DNA from: a virus
Lineage: Duplodnaviria > Caudoviricetes
Direction: 5' to 3' (one strand)
IMG/VR virus record: IMGVR_UViG_3300031965_000069
Coordinates: 1 to 41,725 of that record
DNA: 41,725 bases
Each line of letters opens with the position of its first letter. Position 1 is the stretch's first letter. The translations under genes were made by a program, and so were the position numbers. Shown piece by piece: positions 9,957 to 19,392 of this stretch. Under the pieces are notes generated by a model that ran no database searches, had not been told where the DNA came from, and saw nothing but the letters and a program-made list of their open reading frames with translations.

Positions 9957-10944
9957 AAACCTTCTGTACCTTTTCGAGCACAAGCTCAGGTGATATCCCC
10001 TTCGACATACACCATGCGCCACCGGACTTGGTGTCAACCGGGCATTGGTTCTTGATGTTGTAGATAAGCCGGAAGCACGGGGCGCACTCAGCTAATAACG
10101 AATCAGCTTCCATGCTTAAGTCATTAGTAAAATGTTTGGTGATATTATTCTTGGTGGTGTGACCCAAGAGTCCAATCTTCGGTGTATCGTAACAACCTGA
10201 TGCATGCAGGATTCCGGTATCAGGCGATATCACAAGATCAACAAGACCGGTAAGGGCCATTGAAGTACGGATGCTCACGTCCCCTGATAGGTTCGTCACT
10301 CTCGGATGGTCAAACTCCAAAAGTTTACATTTCAAGTCACCCGTGGTGATAATGTGAATGTCCTTGACTTTGAGCAAATCCCCCATGACCGCTTCCATCC
10401 ACGTATATGCCTTGTGAGTACCGGAACCTGAGTAGCACACCAAGATATTGAAGTGGTTGGGACGTAATAAATGTTTTGAAGCTTCCTCAAGCTCCTTGTC
10501 ATGAAAATAAAGTTCAGGGCGCAAGTCATCCGAGGTTTCCCACGAGAGCCCGGCCCACTTCATCGTATATTCATAATAGTTGAAGTCACACAAGGCGCGT
10601 CTTTCATCCTTTGTATAATTGTATTTAGGTGAGCGAGGATGGACGGCCAAAGCAACTTCAATAGATTCGGAAAAGTTGATTATGCGGTCGGCTTTTATTC
10701 CCTTCGCCTGATTATCCCAGTGTTTCTGGAGGGCCTTCACAGGCACAGAATCCTTCTTGTAGTAAATAAGCTTGTCGATATGAGGGTTATACTTAAATAC
10801 CTCACGGCCTCGATCGCTGGTCTCAAGGAAGATTTGATGACCTTGAGCTTTAAGTTTACGTAGGACTGGAGTGATTATTAAACAATCACTCTAACCGAAC
10901 GCACCAAGCCGTACTATGTAGTACCTAAGCTTGTTTGCGCTCAT
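9919..10944 (-). CDS. glycosyltransferase family 9 (heptosyltransferase-like), interrupted by an in-frame TAG at codon 18 (recoded or pseudogene)
   Basis: GGAGG RBS, ATG 10944: MSANKLRYYIVRLGAFG*SDCLIITPVLRKLK...NPHID; ISPDTGILHAS...TPKIGL; C-terminal CAPC..C..C. Confidence 0.8.
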
Positions 10945-11731
10945 GGGGCATCACCTCCTCTCGGGGCTCTAACCAACTTTGCCCATCTTGCCCACCCATC
11001 TTCCCATTAGGGTCTATCATCACCTCAATCTGCTTGTGGCCCAAACGCTTAAACGCCATGTAGCGTTTATAACCATCTAGTCTCTGGCCATCTGGACCAA
11101 CAAGAATGGGCAGAATCTTCTCGCCCTTCTCGATTAAAGCCATCACTTTCTCAATGCCTTCCTCATGGTCACGAGTAGCATCATCTTTCACCGGATCCAG
11201 ACACATCCCACCGGGCTTGTGGCCAGCGTCATAGGGCTGGACATCATCGATATCAACTGGCATCACTTTGGCCTCTTTGAACGGCCCGTACTTCTTGGCG
11301 AATGGCAAATACTCAGACCTTAACCTCTTGGCCTCAGTAAACGCCCGCTCAAAGTCCTCAAACTCATCCTGAGATAAATGGATGCGCAAATCCCGATAGT
11401 GGACATGGTAGGTATCATCCTTGTTCCACTCGACACTTAAACGATTAGGATAGTAAGCGGAACTATGGCTGAAGCTTTCCTGAAACATCAGTTGCTTCAG
11501 GATATTGGGATCACCCTCTTTAAAGTCAGACTGCTCGATGGTATGCTCGGCGGCCTTGTAGAGGTTGTGCATCCCGGCCATAAACTTGGAGAACTCCTCA
11601 ATACTCATATCGAGTCGCAGATTACGAAAATGAATATGGATATTCTCACACAGGTCTACCCAGAGTCCATTAGGCGTAACGCTTCTCGGCTCCAACACTT
11701 CCTCAGCCAACACCTTCTTAATTGCTCCCAC
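10925..11731 (-). CDS. protein with a duplicated N-terminal His-containing domain and a C-terminal ParB/Srx-like domain
   Basis: two copies of PN.L.V....H.H.R.LR...S..EF..F; PILV..DGQRLDGYKRY.A...LG...IEV. Confidence 0.6.
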   Translation of the reverse strand: MGAIKKVLAEEVLEPRSVTPNGLWVDLCENIHIHFRNLRLDMSIEEFSKFMAGMHNLYKAAEHTIEQSDFKEGDPNILKQLMFQESFSHSSAYYPNRLSVEWNKDDTYHVHYRDLRIHLSQDEFEDFERAFTEAKRLRSEYLPFAKKYGPFKEAKVMPVDIDDVQPYDAGHKPGGMCLDPVKDDATRDHEEGIEKVMALIEKGEKILPILVGPDGQRLDGYKRYMAFKRLGHKQIEVMIDPNGKMGGQDGQSWLEPREEVMPHERKQA

Positions 11732-12365
11732 GTTTCCTCCCTATCATTGTCAGGATGTTCCTGTCGCCGCCGCTTTTTCTTATCTTCGACTCATCATAGT
11801 TGGTCTCAAGCACCTCGTAGGCGTTCATATCGAAGAACGTCTTAAGACTCGCCTCGTTAAAATAATGCACATGCTCATGGGGCCGGTAGTGCCGCCATTG
11901 GCCTAAATCTTTACCCTTAAAATCATCGGTAGATGGAGTTGATACAAAAAGAAATGCAGGATTAAAAATCTGGATAACATTCTGCGGATAATCCAAATGC
12001 TCGATACAGTCCCACATGGTCAAAATATAAGGATTAACTATGTCCTTTTTAGGGAATCCATAGTAAGGGTTAACATCATATCCGTGCCCGATGATCCCAC
12101 CATTAAGAGACTGGTGAAATTCACCCGTAGCGCAACCGTAGTCAAGAAGCGTACCCTTCCTAATATGCCTGTATATCTGGCTGGTTCTTAACTCAAGAAG
12201 TTTTCGGCCAATCTCCGCATCCTTGTACTCAACGTACCTATCTTTATAAAACTCATCATAAATGGAGTTGTCTGCCTTATACTTGGACGATATCAGCCGA
12301 CACTCACATATATACAGGTCGCGATAGAGAGGCCGCTGGTCTCTCGCGCAAGCAACACACTTCAT
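11718..12365 (-). CDS. class I SAM-dependent methyltransferase (Methyltransf_23-like)
   Basis: MKCVAC...CEC zinc ribbon; LLDYGCATG; GYDVNP; TMWDCIEHL..P; STP; EHVHYF. Confidence 0.85.
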   Translation of the reverse strand: MKCVACARDQRPLYRDLYICECRLISSKYKADNSIYDEFYKDRYVEYKDAEIGRKLLELRTSQIYRHIRKGTLLDYGCATGEFHQSLNGGIIGHGYDVNPYYGFPKKDIVNPYILTMWDCIEHLDYPQNVIQIFNPAFLFVSTPSTDDFKGKDLGQWRHYRPHEHVHYFNEASLKTFFDMNAYEVLETNYDESKIRKSGGDRNILTMIGRKRGSN

Positions 12366-13416
12366 ACATCTTCTCCATTTGGTGAAGCACTCGTTCTTTA
12401 TCAAAGAACACGCAGATAGGCAATTTTTTCTCGGTGCCCATCTCCTTGATGGATGAACTCACGTTTCCGTTAAGCTCGACAGTATCGCAGATGTCCATGT
12501 TGTAGATGGCGCGGTGACAGGGTGAACACCACGCCTCCGACTGGATCGAGAAATCATTCTTGTCGTTACCGACAATATTCTTGACGGATGCAGCAGTCAT
12601 AAGCATCATCTTGGGTGTTCCGTAGGTTCCGGCCCCAATGCCGATACCGGTCTCTGGGGTAACCAGCATATCAATGTACTTCGTGGCTAGGAGAGCTTGG
12701 CGGAACGGCCATTTGCCGACCACGTTGATAGCATTTGCCTCCTGCCAGCCATCCTGATATATAGGAATACCCCATGCGTGTTTGGCGTATTCCTCGCCAG
12801 CAGTCACGATGACCACCACATCTGGGTGCCTACGCTGAAATTCATCACACACTTCCTTCGACCACGGATAGATCGCCTTCTGCCACATGGTGCCCGCAAT
12901 CGACCACATAAGGATGCGCTTACCCCTGTCCCATATAGGGGTGAATAGCTCGATCATCCGCTCATGCTCTTTCTTGCGGAAGTAAATTTCCCCAACTCTT
13001 CCATAATATTTGTCTGATAGCCCGGCCCACTTTACAGTCTGGTCATAGAAGCAAATATCCCCAAACTTCTCATTCCTCCACTTCTTCGGCATGAAATACT
13101 TGTGGCTTTTCTCGTCAGAAATAAGCGCGCCTTCCAGTGAGGCGTTCAGATCAATAAACTTGTCGTACTCACGCTTAATCTGAATCTGTTTCTTGTAAGT
13201 CTTAAGATTCGTCTCAGAGTCATTAGAGAGTTCTTTTTTAGTGGGCTCCGCAAACACATGATGCTTAATATAGGGGTTGTAGCTCAGTATCTGCGCCCCC
13301 TTCCAGTTGTACTCGAAAGTAACCTCGTAACCTTCCTCATAAAGAATACGGGGTAGATGAGAAGCATGCACGGTGTCGCCAAAAGCACCTTTACGAACCA
13401 CATATGCACGTTTCAC
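12304..13416 (-). CDS. glycosyltransferase family 9 (heptosyltransferase-like)
   Basis: VVRKGAFGD N-terminus; YNPYI; LVTPETG....A....TP; CSPCH...C...C. Confidence 0.8.
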   Translation of the reverse strand: MKRAYVVRKGAFGDTVHASHLPRILYEEGYEVTFEYNWKGAQILSYNPYIKHHVFAEPTKKELSNDSETNLKTYKKQIQIKREYDKFIDLNASLEGALISDEKSHKYFMPKKWRNEKFGDICFYDQTVKWAGLSDKYYGRVGEIYFRKKEHERMIELFTPIWDRGKRILMWSIAGTMWQKAIYPWSKEVCDEFQRRHPDVVVIVTAGEEYAKHAWGIPIYQDGWQEANAINVVGKWPFRQALLATKYIDMLVTPETGIGIGAGTYGTPKMMLMTAASVKNIVGNDKNDFSIQSEAWCSPCHRAIYNMDICDTVELNGNVSSSIKEMGTEKKLPICVFFDKERVLHQMEKMYEVCCLRERPAASLSRPVYM

Positions 13417-13436
13417 ATCTACCCCGCTTCTACTCT

Positions 13437-13874
13437 TTAGGTGAACCGCTCAACAAACGTCACCTGCGCACCGGCTTGGAAAACACCAGCTGCAAGTCCC
13501 GTTCCCGCCGCGTACTGCACAACGAGGTCATCGCCCTCGTCGAAGTCAGTAGCGGTAAGCGATCCATCTTTAACCGTGTTATTGGCCTGAGTCCCAATGG
13601 ACGCAGAACCAATGGGCGTTACAGCACCCGTACCAGCTACAGACTTGGCGATCTCGATGAAGTTCGAGGCCGCCGCCGCTCCAGTCTGCGTACCACCAAC
13701 CACAAACGACACGTTCCAATCGGTAACCCTCACTGCGTTCATGAAGGTGTACCGCTTGATAACCGTGTCACTCGCGACCACGCTTGTCTGCGTAGACCCC
13801 TTATCGGGTATGGTGATTTGTTGCACCACTCCGTACCGAGGGTCGGAGTAGCTATTCTGTAATGAATTAGCCAT
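13437..13874 (-). CDS. probable capsid decoration / minor head protein
   Basis: immediately downstream of the major capsid gene; strong RBS; Ala/Thr/Gly-rich beta protein. Confidence 0.55.
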   Translation of the reverse strand: MANSLQNSYSDPRYGVVQQITIPDKGSTQTSVVASDTVIKRYTFMNAVRVTDWNVSFVVGGTQTGAAAASNFIEIAKSVAGTGAVTPIGSASIGTQANNTVKDGSLTATDFDEGDDLVVQYAAGTGLAAGVFQAGAQVTFVERFT

Positions 13875-13889
13875 TGTTATATCCTCCCT

Positions 13890-14822
13890 TTATACCGAGT
13901 GAGCTGTTCTGATGATTCGGGATTCGCCATCGTCGCCGAAATCCCACACCCTCTGGAAACCCAGAAGGCCATACCACGCGATGCTTTGATCTCTACCGAA
14001 GTCCTTCGGAATATCAATCCGGATTTCTTCAGGGATCGCCACACCTTCGCGCACCGCGTCAGCACCGAAGAAGATCGCTTCTCCATGGAGTGAGTTGGTT
14101 CCGGTTGCGTTGGAGAGGAAGTTGGTTTCCTCCACCACTCTGCACCCGTAATACTGTCCGATCTCCCCACGGAACAAAGGCTCCATCGTTGTATTCTGCG
14201 CCTTTGCTTCGAAGAAGTCATACAGTCCGCGAACCGACTTCGTTGATGCGATACAGACATAATTTTGCCCATCGTACCGGGGAAAATTCCTCGTCTTCAT
14301 CTCATCAACGATATCACGGAAGTTTTTATCCGACATGTCGGCCCCTTGAGCATCGGGGGCACTTGAGGCCGAATTAAACGACGTGGTAGCGGTATTTACG
14401 ATTGAGGCGATGTAGTCCCCGGACTGAAACTGCACTGCCGCGGCAGAGTCCAGAACCTTCGCCATGTCATTACGAAGAACCGTGCGGATTGCCTCCGACA
14501 CGCTCACTTCACTAAGCACACGGGCTTTTAACGTATAAGGTATGGCATTTCCCCATTCCTCCATCGTTAAAGTACCCTGCGTGATCGTGAAGTTATTCCT
14601 CGGCATTGTGTTAGTTTCAACAAGACTTCCACCAGCCACGCTGATGTTACTGATCTTGTCGAAGAATACATTACTGCCCTTGCCGGTTCCGGCGGCGGGT
14701 TCCATATCGGTGAATTGGCGAAAACGCTGTACGGTTTGAGCCGCATGGCGTATTTGACGCGACAGTTCATCGTTATTAAGGAATCCACCAAGGGAATTGA
14801 CAGAGAATAACTGCTGTCCCAT
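13890..14822 (-). CDS. major capsid protein (HK97 fold, N4-gp56-like)
   Basis: 310 aa after the scaffold; FRQF, EWGNAI, LFRGEIGQYYGCRVVEE, DFGR...IAWY motifs. Confidence 0.88.
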   Translation of the reverse strand: MGQQLFSVNSLGGFLNNDELSRQIRHAAQTVQRFRQFTDMEPAAGTGKGSNVFFDKISNISVAGGSLVETNTMPRNNFTITQGTLTMEEWGNAIPYTLKARVLSEVSVSEAIRTVLRNDMAKVLDSAAAVQFQSGDYIASIVNTATTSFNSASSAPDAQGADMSDKNFRDIVDEMKTRNFPRYDGQNYVCIASTKSVRGLYDFFEAKAQNTTMEPLFRGEIGQYYGCRVVEETNFLSNATGTNSLHGEAIFFGADAVREGVAIPEEIRIDIPKDFGRDQSIAWYGLLGFQRVWDFGDDGESRIIRTAHSV

Positions 14823-14836
14823 TTTAGTGTCCTTTA

Positions 14837-15916
14837 TTAAGCCGGAACCTTCATCCTCTGAGCATTAAACTTGCGTCTTGCCAACATCTCCTGCTTGACC
14901 TTATCAGCGTCAGTCAGGAGAGTGGAATCCACAGGTTTGCGATCTTCGGTTTCGGCTCCGGGGGAACCAAGCTGTGCCTTCTGGCGTTTCTTTACGGGTT
15001 CCCGATTAGTTTTGAGTTCTGGCTTAGAATCTTTAATAACTCCCATTTGGACGAGTTCCCTGTAAGCATCGGAAACAGCCCTCCTGAACCCGTTGATCTT
15101 GTCTGGATCAGAGTAGAACTCCTTCTGGAGTTCCTTGTCGGTGTATAAGGCCATAGCGGTCTTAAACAACTTCGAGTCCTGATTCGCTAAATTCAAAGGG
15201 TGGTTCATGTCAAGTTTTCCAGACTTATCAACAATTGAGAAATCATTGACAAGTTCCTGGTATCGCTTGACCTTCGTTACTCGTTCTGTTTCGACAGCGT
15301 TTTGTTTTTCCTCTATCTTCTTGATGGCATCGTCTCTCAAGCGTTCCACAAGGTAGACATTGGCCTGCACTTCCTCGGCCACATTACCTTCTTCCCTCAT
15401 CTTGATGATGTAAGCTTTGATCTGGTCGACCGAAGGCGGCGGAGTCTCTTTCTCACCGTCCTCTTTTGTGGGGGAATCCTTAGCTTCCTTAAGGCGGGCC
15501 ACCTCGGCCTCAGCTTCCTTAAGTCTCTCCTCCACAGACTTCCGCTTACCGACTTCCTTCCCGATGCGCTTCTGCATCTTGGATTTAAGCCGTTCTACCT
15601 CATCTTCTTCGCCACCTTCATCTTCGGGCTTTTTTTCAGACTTCTCTTCAGTCTCTTCTTTCTCACCGGCTTCGGCTTCACCTTCTTCTTTGGGCTCATC
15701 ACCAGTTTCCTCAAGAGACTTGAGAATATCCGAATTAACATCCGTTTCACCCTCCGACTTCTTGATCTCGGAATACAAACGCTCTCTCTCAGACAAGTGG
15801 GGTTCAGGAGTTGTTTCCTTTTCTTCCAGCTTCTCGTCACCAGCAGGTTCGGAAATCTCCTTCGGTACTTCGGAAGTTTCCTGAGGACTGCGGACCTCTT
15901 TATCTTCATTCGGCAT
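14837..15916 (-). CDS. capsid scaffolding protein
   Basis: very acidic N-terminus, coiled coil (QKRIGKEV), directly upstream of the capsid gene. Confidence 0.7.
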   Translation of the reverse strand: MPNEDKEVRSPQETSEVPKEISEPAGDEKLEEKETTPEPHLSERERLYSEIKKSEGETDVNSDILKSLEETGDEPKEEGEAEAGEKEETEEKSEKKPEDEGGEEDEVERLKSKMQKRIGKEVGKRKSVEERLKEAEAEVARLKEAKDSPTKEDGEKETPPPSVDQIKAYIIKMREEGNVAEEVQANVYLVERLRDDAIKKIEEKQNAVETERVTKVKRYQELVNDFSIVDKSGKLDMNHPLNLANQDSKLFKTAMALYTDKELQKEFYSDPDKINGFRRAVSDAYRELVQMGVIKDSKPELKTNREPVKKRQKAQLGSPGAETEDRKPVDSTLLTDADKVKQEMLARRKFNAQRMKVPA

Positions 15917-15931
15917 AAGCCATCTCCAGTT

Positions 15932-16120
15932 TTAGGGCTTGGGAGCCACGGTTGCATCCACCTTCGTATTTTCAGAACGGGCGGATTTATTTAACGGCCT
16001 GACTGATTGGTTCAGGTTCCAACTACGAACTTTTCCATTGACAAAATTAATCTGGATATTGCCGAATCTAGCTTCCCCAGACCATAACCTGATTTCATCA
16101 GCCAACTCTTTAGGTATCAT
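15932..16120 (-). CDS. small hypothetical protein (FG.I.I.F.NG motif)
   Basis: tightly packed in the operon. Confidence 0.5.
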   Translation of the reverse strand: MIPKELADEIRLWSGEARFGNIQINFVNGKVRSWNLNQSVRPLNKSARSENTKVDATVAPKP

Positions 16121-16305
16121 CTTTCGGCTTGACTCTTAAACTTACGTTTACGCACACTCATGGTTTCGGTCATGAGTTCAGAGGACGCTTTTTGCCCATG
16201 AGTTTTCCCGACTTCCCTGACCATGTGGGCCATGCGGTTGACATTATACTTGGACGGATTCTTGGCCTCACGCTTCATAATCTTACGGGCTTCCTCGAAA
16301 TCCAT
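16117..16305 (-). CDS. small hypothetical protein
   Basis: start and stop overlap with neighbours. Confidence 0.5.
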   Translation of the reverse strand: MDFEEARKIMKREAKNPSKYNVNRMAHMVREVGKTHGQKASSELMTETMSVRKRKFKSQAER

Positions 16306-16452
16306 TACAGTTTCTTCACCCTTTTAATCGGCTCAGTGTGAACCGAAAGCCCGGCTTCCTTCAAAATATCCACTTCCTTCATTTTACGCATACCGGCGAA
16401 GTTGGACTGCTTGGCCTGTTCCTCCATTGGACTCGGTGACTTACTCTTATTC

Positions 16453-16830
16453 TTAGACACTTGATATCTCCTTCTTTTTCTTTCTCGCCTCACGGGCTTT
16501 AGCTAAATTGGCCTGACGTTTCTTTTTCAAATCATCGGCTTTGGTATCAACATCCTGGGGCCCGCTAAAATCAACATGAATACCATTACCTGACGGTGGC
16601 AACGAATCTGTCTTGGTAACAGAAACGGTAAACTCCGGCTTCACCACATGAATCTCATCGAACCCCAACCTATTTCCAACCAGAAAATTCCGTGTGAAAA
16701 AACGATCCCGGTTACTCACAATGCGAATCTTCTCAACTCGGCGAATGAGATCAAAATCCCTCTTTGTGCCGGGTTTGGCCAAATTCTCATTTTCCTCATT
16801 CACAATATCATCCAGCTTAATGTCCCTCAT
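16453..16830 (-). CDS. hypothetical protein with basic C-terminus
   Basis: GGAGG RBS; in the head operon. Confidence 0.55.
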   Translation of the reverse strand: MRDIKLDDIVNEENENLAKPGTKRDFDLIRRVEKIRIVSNRDRFFTRNFLVGNRLGFDEIHVVKPEFTVSVTKTDSLPPSGNGIHVDFSGPQDVDTKADDLKKKRQANLAKAREARKKKKEISSV

Positions 16831-17170
16831 TCATTACCTCCATATCCTCCATCATGGGAGTTATATCCTTCTGGGCAACTTCCTTCTCGGTTTCCGCTTT
16901 CCTTATATACTGCTTCCACTTTATGGATAGCTCAAGCAGGCCAGCCTGATAGCCAGACAGATACCGAAGCTCATCATCCGTCCGCTTAAGCACACACACG
17001 CTTCCCGGAGTCCAAAACTCACCAATTTTGTAACTCCCGATACTCCCGATCATATCGTCCATATCAGGCCCGATAATCTCCTTATAAACATCGGACTCCA
17101 TAAACTCTGAAATCAACTGGCCATTCCTCAAGTGTCTTTGTTTAACCTGATCGGCTATCTTCTCAGCCAC
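16817..17170 (-). CDS. small protein downstream of portal
   Basis: AAGGAGG RBS plus GTG; typical post-portal gene position. Confidence 0.6.
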   Translation of the reverse strand: MAEKIADQVKQRHLRNGQLISEFMESDVYKEIIGPDMDDMIGSIGSYKIGEFWTPGSVCVLKRTDDELRYLSGYQAGLLELSIKWKQYIRKAETEKEVAQKDITPMMEDMEVMNEGH

Positions 17171-17181
17171 TTACGCCTCCT

Positions 17182-19392
17182 TTACGGTTTGTTACCGTTT
17201 GTGAATGTCTGCAACACCCTCTTGCGTCTCGGATCATCGGTATTGCCGCCCTGCTTCATGCCCTTTTCGGCCTCAAGATGAATATTGATATGTTGCTCGA
17301 TACTCTGGGCAAACTGAGGGTTCGCCTGCATGGCCCCGGCCCCCGCCGGAGAATTCACATACGCCTCAATCACCTGAATATGAACGTTATGATTATCGGT
17401 CGGCTTCACCACGGGGTTGAACCCGGCCTGCATCATTACAATCTCCTGCATCTGGTCTTCGGCTTGGTCAACCTGAATCTCTTGGGGACGCGTGATAAAC
17501 ATGTCGGGGTCAATGACATCGGGGTCTTGCTCCAACCAGTCTCTAAGGGCGAAGTAGAGGTTTTCCTGCGTCATGATGCCGATAGGCAGTGCTAGTTTCG
17601 AGAGTATGTCCATACGCTGAAGTGCCTTGGCCTGTTGAAGCTGATGGTTGGAGGCCTCGACCGACCCATTCCATGACACGTCAACCTGCACCATGAAGTC
17701 ATCGGGCGTGAGTATCGTGCCGCCAATGACTCGCGGCCCCGTAACCGACTGCTTCAGTATCAAATACATTTGCTGGGCCACGTCTGACAGGGATTCCAAA
17801 AACATCATGACTTCGGTGTTTAACTGTTGTTGGTTGGCTCCCTGCACGGCGGCGATCTCAGTGGCTGTCCTCGACCCACCACCCTCCGATATGGCTGACC
17901 GCACGGTGAAGTCAAGTACGGACTGGTATTCCTCAATGTATGCCTTGGCCTGCTGTTCGATGCGCTCAGAAGATATGTCGGTCGTAATGGCCTTATTAAT
18001 CTGCTCGATCTCACCTTGCTCGGCCTCGATCACCTGCCCCGGCTTAAACTGAATCTCTTGCCCAGAAAACCCAAGTTGCCTTGACACCCTAAACATGGGA
18101 TTGTTGTTATACTCATCCCTGATGACCCGCGCGTTAAACATCTTCTCCATAATGTGGTGCATACCCCTGATCTGCTCTGGGATACCTCGCGAGGCATACC
18201 ACCTAGGAGACTTCACCTCGTTATCAAACTTCACATACGTCCACATGCCGTGGTCGTAAGGATGGGGCATTTCCTGCAGAACCTTGATGGATCGTGGGCT
18301 TGAGTTGTCCCCCGAATCCGGCTTGTCGGAGTTCCCAACCTGCTCAATCCAAGTAAACACCCACTTCTCAAGCTCGCCCTTATTCTCATACCAAGTCTGA
18401 CACTCTCTGACGTTGAATAGCTCGGAATTCCCCTTGGCCTCATCCTTGGAGACACCTTCAGCAAGCGACCACGCACTTGAGGTAAGCGAATCATCTTGAG
18501 TGCCCTGATCGGGCTTAAGCGCGTCCACAACTGACTTAGCGTATACCCCGGCATCGGCCTTAGCTCTAAGCTCGGTGTAGGTCATCCACATGTCGTGCGT
18601 CACACGCGGTGTCCGCTGAATATCGGTAGTCCCGGCAGGCACAATAATCCTAAGGCCCCGTTCGGGGATAACCTCTGGCTCAGAGAACACATCCCTCTTG
18701 GTAAACTCGAGAATCTCTTCGCCATCCTTAAACTGACCCACCGCTCTGTCGATCTCAAGCTTATCATCCGCATCATCTAAATCCATACCTTCGCGGTCAG
18801 CTAAAACTTGCGCAAGTTCAGCCTTCGTCATCTCTGACAACCTATCTTTCACCTCATCCGGGAACTCCCTAATATCGAGCTTCCGGTTTATGACCAAACT
18901 CTTAAACTTCTCAATGACCTTCATGACCCCGTGGCCATTCTCAAGGACATAATCAGCCAAAAGTGATATCTTCCTTAGCCACCCAAAGTCTCTTTTCCTC
19001 ACGAGCCCATTTAAGGCCTTCTCAATTTTGTTGGCGCGTTCCCTCGCCCCTTCTGGCTGACGGACTCCGGGTATGAGCCCTACCACAATTTGCTTTTTGG
19101 CAGCTGTCGCCACCGCTACAAGAGACGCCTTCTTCTTCTTGATAATCTTGTCGGTAACCGGTATCGGTACCTCGGCGTACCCCTGATACTGGTTTGGCCG
19201 GGATGACCGCTTCCTCACCCCTAGCCGCATGTTGCTAGCCACAATCTGCTTATTCTTCCAAATCTCCCGCGCGTCATCGTCCCACCTTACCTTCTGGGCA
19301 AGCTCCACGATGAACTGGTGGCGGGGTGATTCTTCCTTCGACAACCTCTCCGTCTTCTCTCTTGGCTCTATAAAATTAGGACTCATGACCAT
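17182..19392 (-). CDS. portal protein (P22-like)
   Basis: 736 aa directly after the large terminase; G.GV.KV, RTATEI and DNH.VHI..H motifs. Confidence 0.85.
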   Translation of the reverse strand: MVMSPNFIEPREKTERLSKEESPRHQFIVELAQKVRWDDDAREIWKNKQIVASNMRLGVRKRSSRPNQYQGYAEVPIPVTDKIIKKKKASLVAVATAAKKQIVVGLIPGVRQPEGARERANKIEKALNGLVRKRDFGWLRKISLLADYVLENGHGVMKVIEKFKSLVINRKLDIREFPDEVKDRLSEMTKAELAQVLADREGMDLDDADDKLEIDRAVGQFKDGEEILEFTKRDVFSEPEVIPERGLRIIVPAGTTDIQRTPRVTHDMWMTYTELRAKADAGVYAKSVVDALKPDQGTQDDSLTSSAWSLAEGVSKDEAKGNSELFNVRECQTWYENKGELEKWVFTWIEQVGNSDKPDSGDNSSPRSIKVLQEMPHPYDHGMWTYVKFDNEVKSPRWYASRGIPEQIRGMHHIMEKMFNARVIRDEYNNNPMFRVSRQLGFSGQEIQFKPGQVIEAEQGEIEQINKAITTDISSERIEQQAKAYIEEYQSVLDFTVRSAISEGGGSRTATEIAAVQGANQQQLNTEVMMFLESLSDVAQQMYLILKQSVTGPRVIGGTILTPDDFMVQVDVSWNGSVEASNHQLQQAKALQRMDILSKLALPIGIMTQENLYFALRDWLEQDPDVIDPDMFITRPQEIQVDQAEDQMQEIVMMQAGFNPVVKPTDNHNVHIQVIEAYVNSPAGAGAMQANPQFAQSIEQHINIHLEAEKGMKQGGNTDDPRRKRVLQTFTNGNKP

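Noticed and set aside
10891-10893. Genome-wide TAG reassignment or an amber suppressor as the explanation for the GT9b stop
   Set aside because: TAG ends other genes (10925, 32091, 32927, 33529), long genes are not fragmented in the standard code, and neither tRNA has a CUA anticodon
10840-10896. T4 gene 60-like long bypass to the next in-frame GGU, 54 nt downstream
   Set aside because: It would delete the conserved D...TP.LR.LK helix of GT9, so only readthrough or a very short hop is plausible
15302-15994. 230-aa Phe/Leu-rich plus-strand ORF
   Set aside because: Antisense shadow of the Glu/Lys-rich scaffold gene
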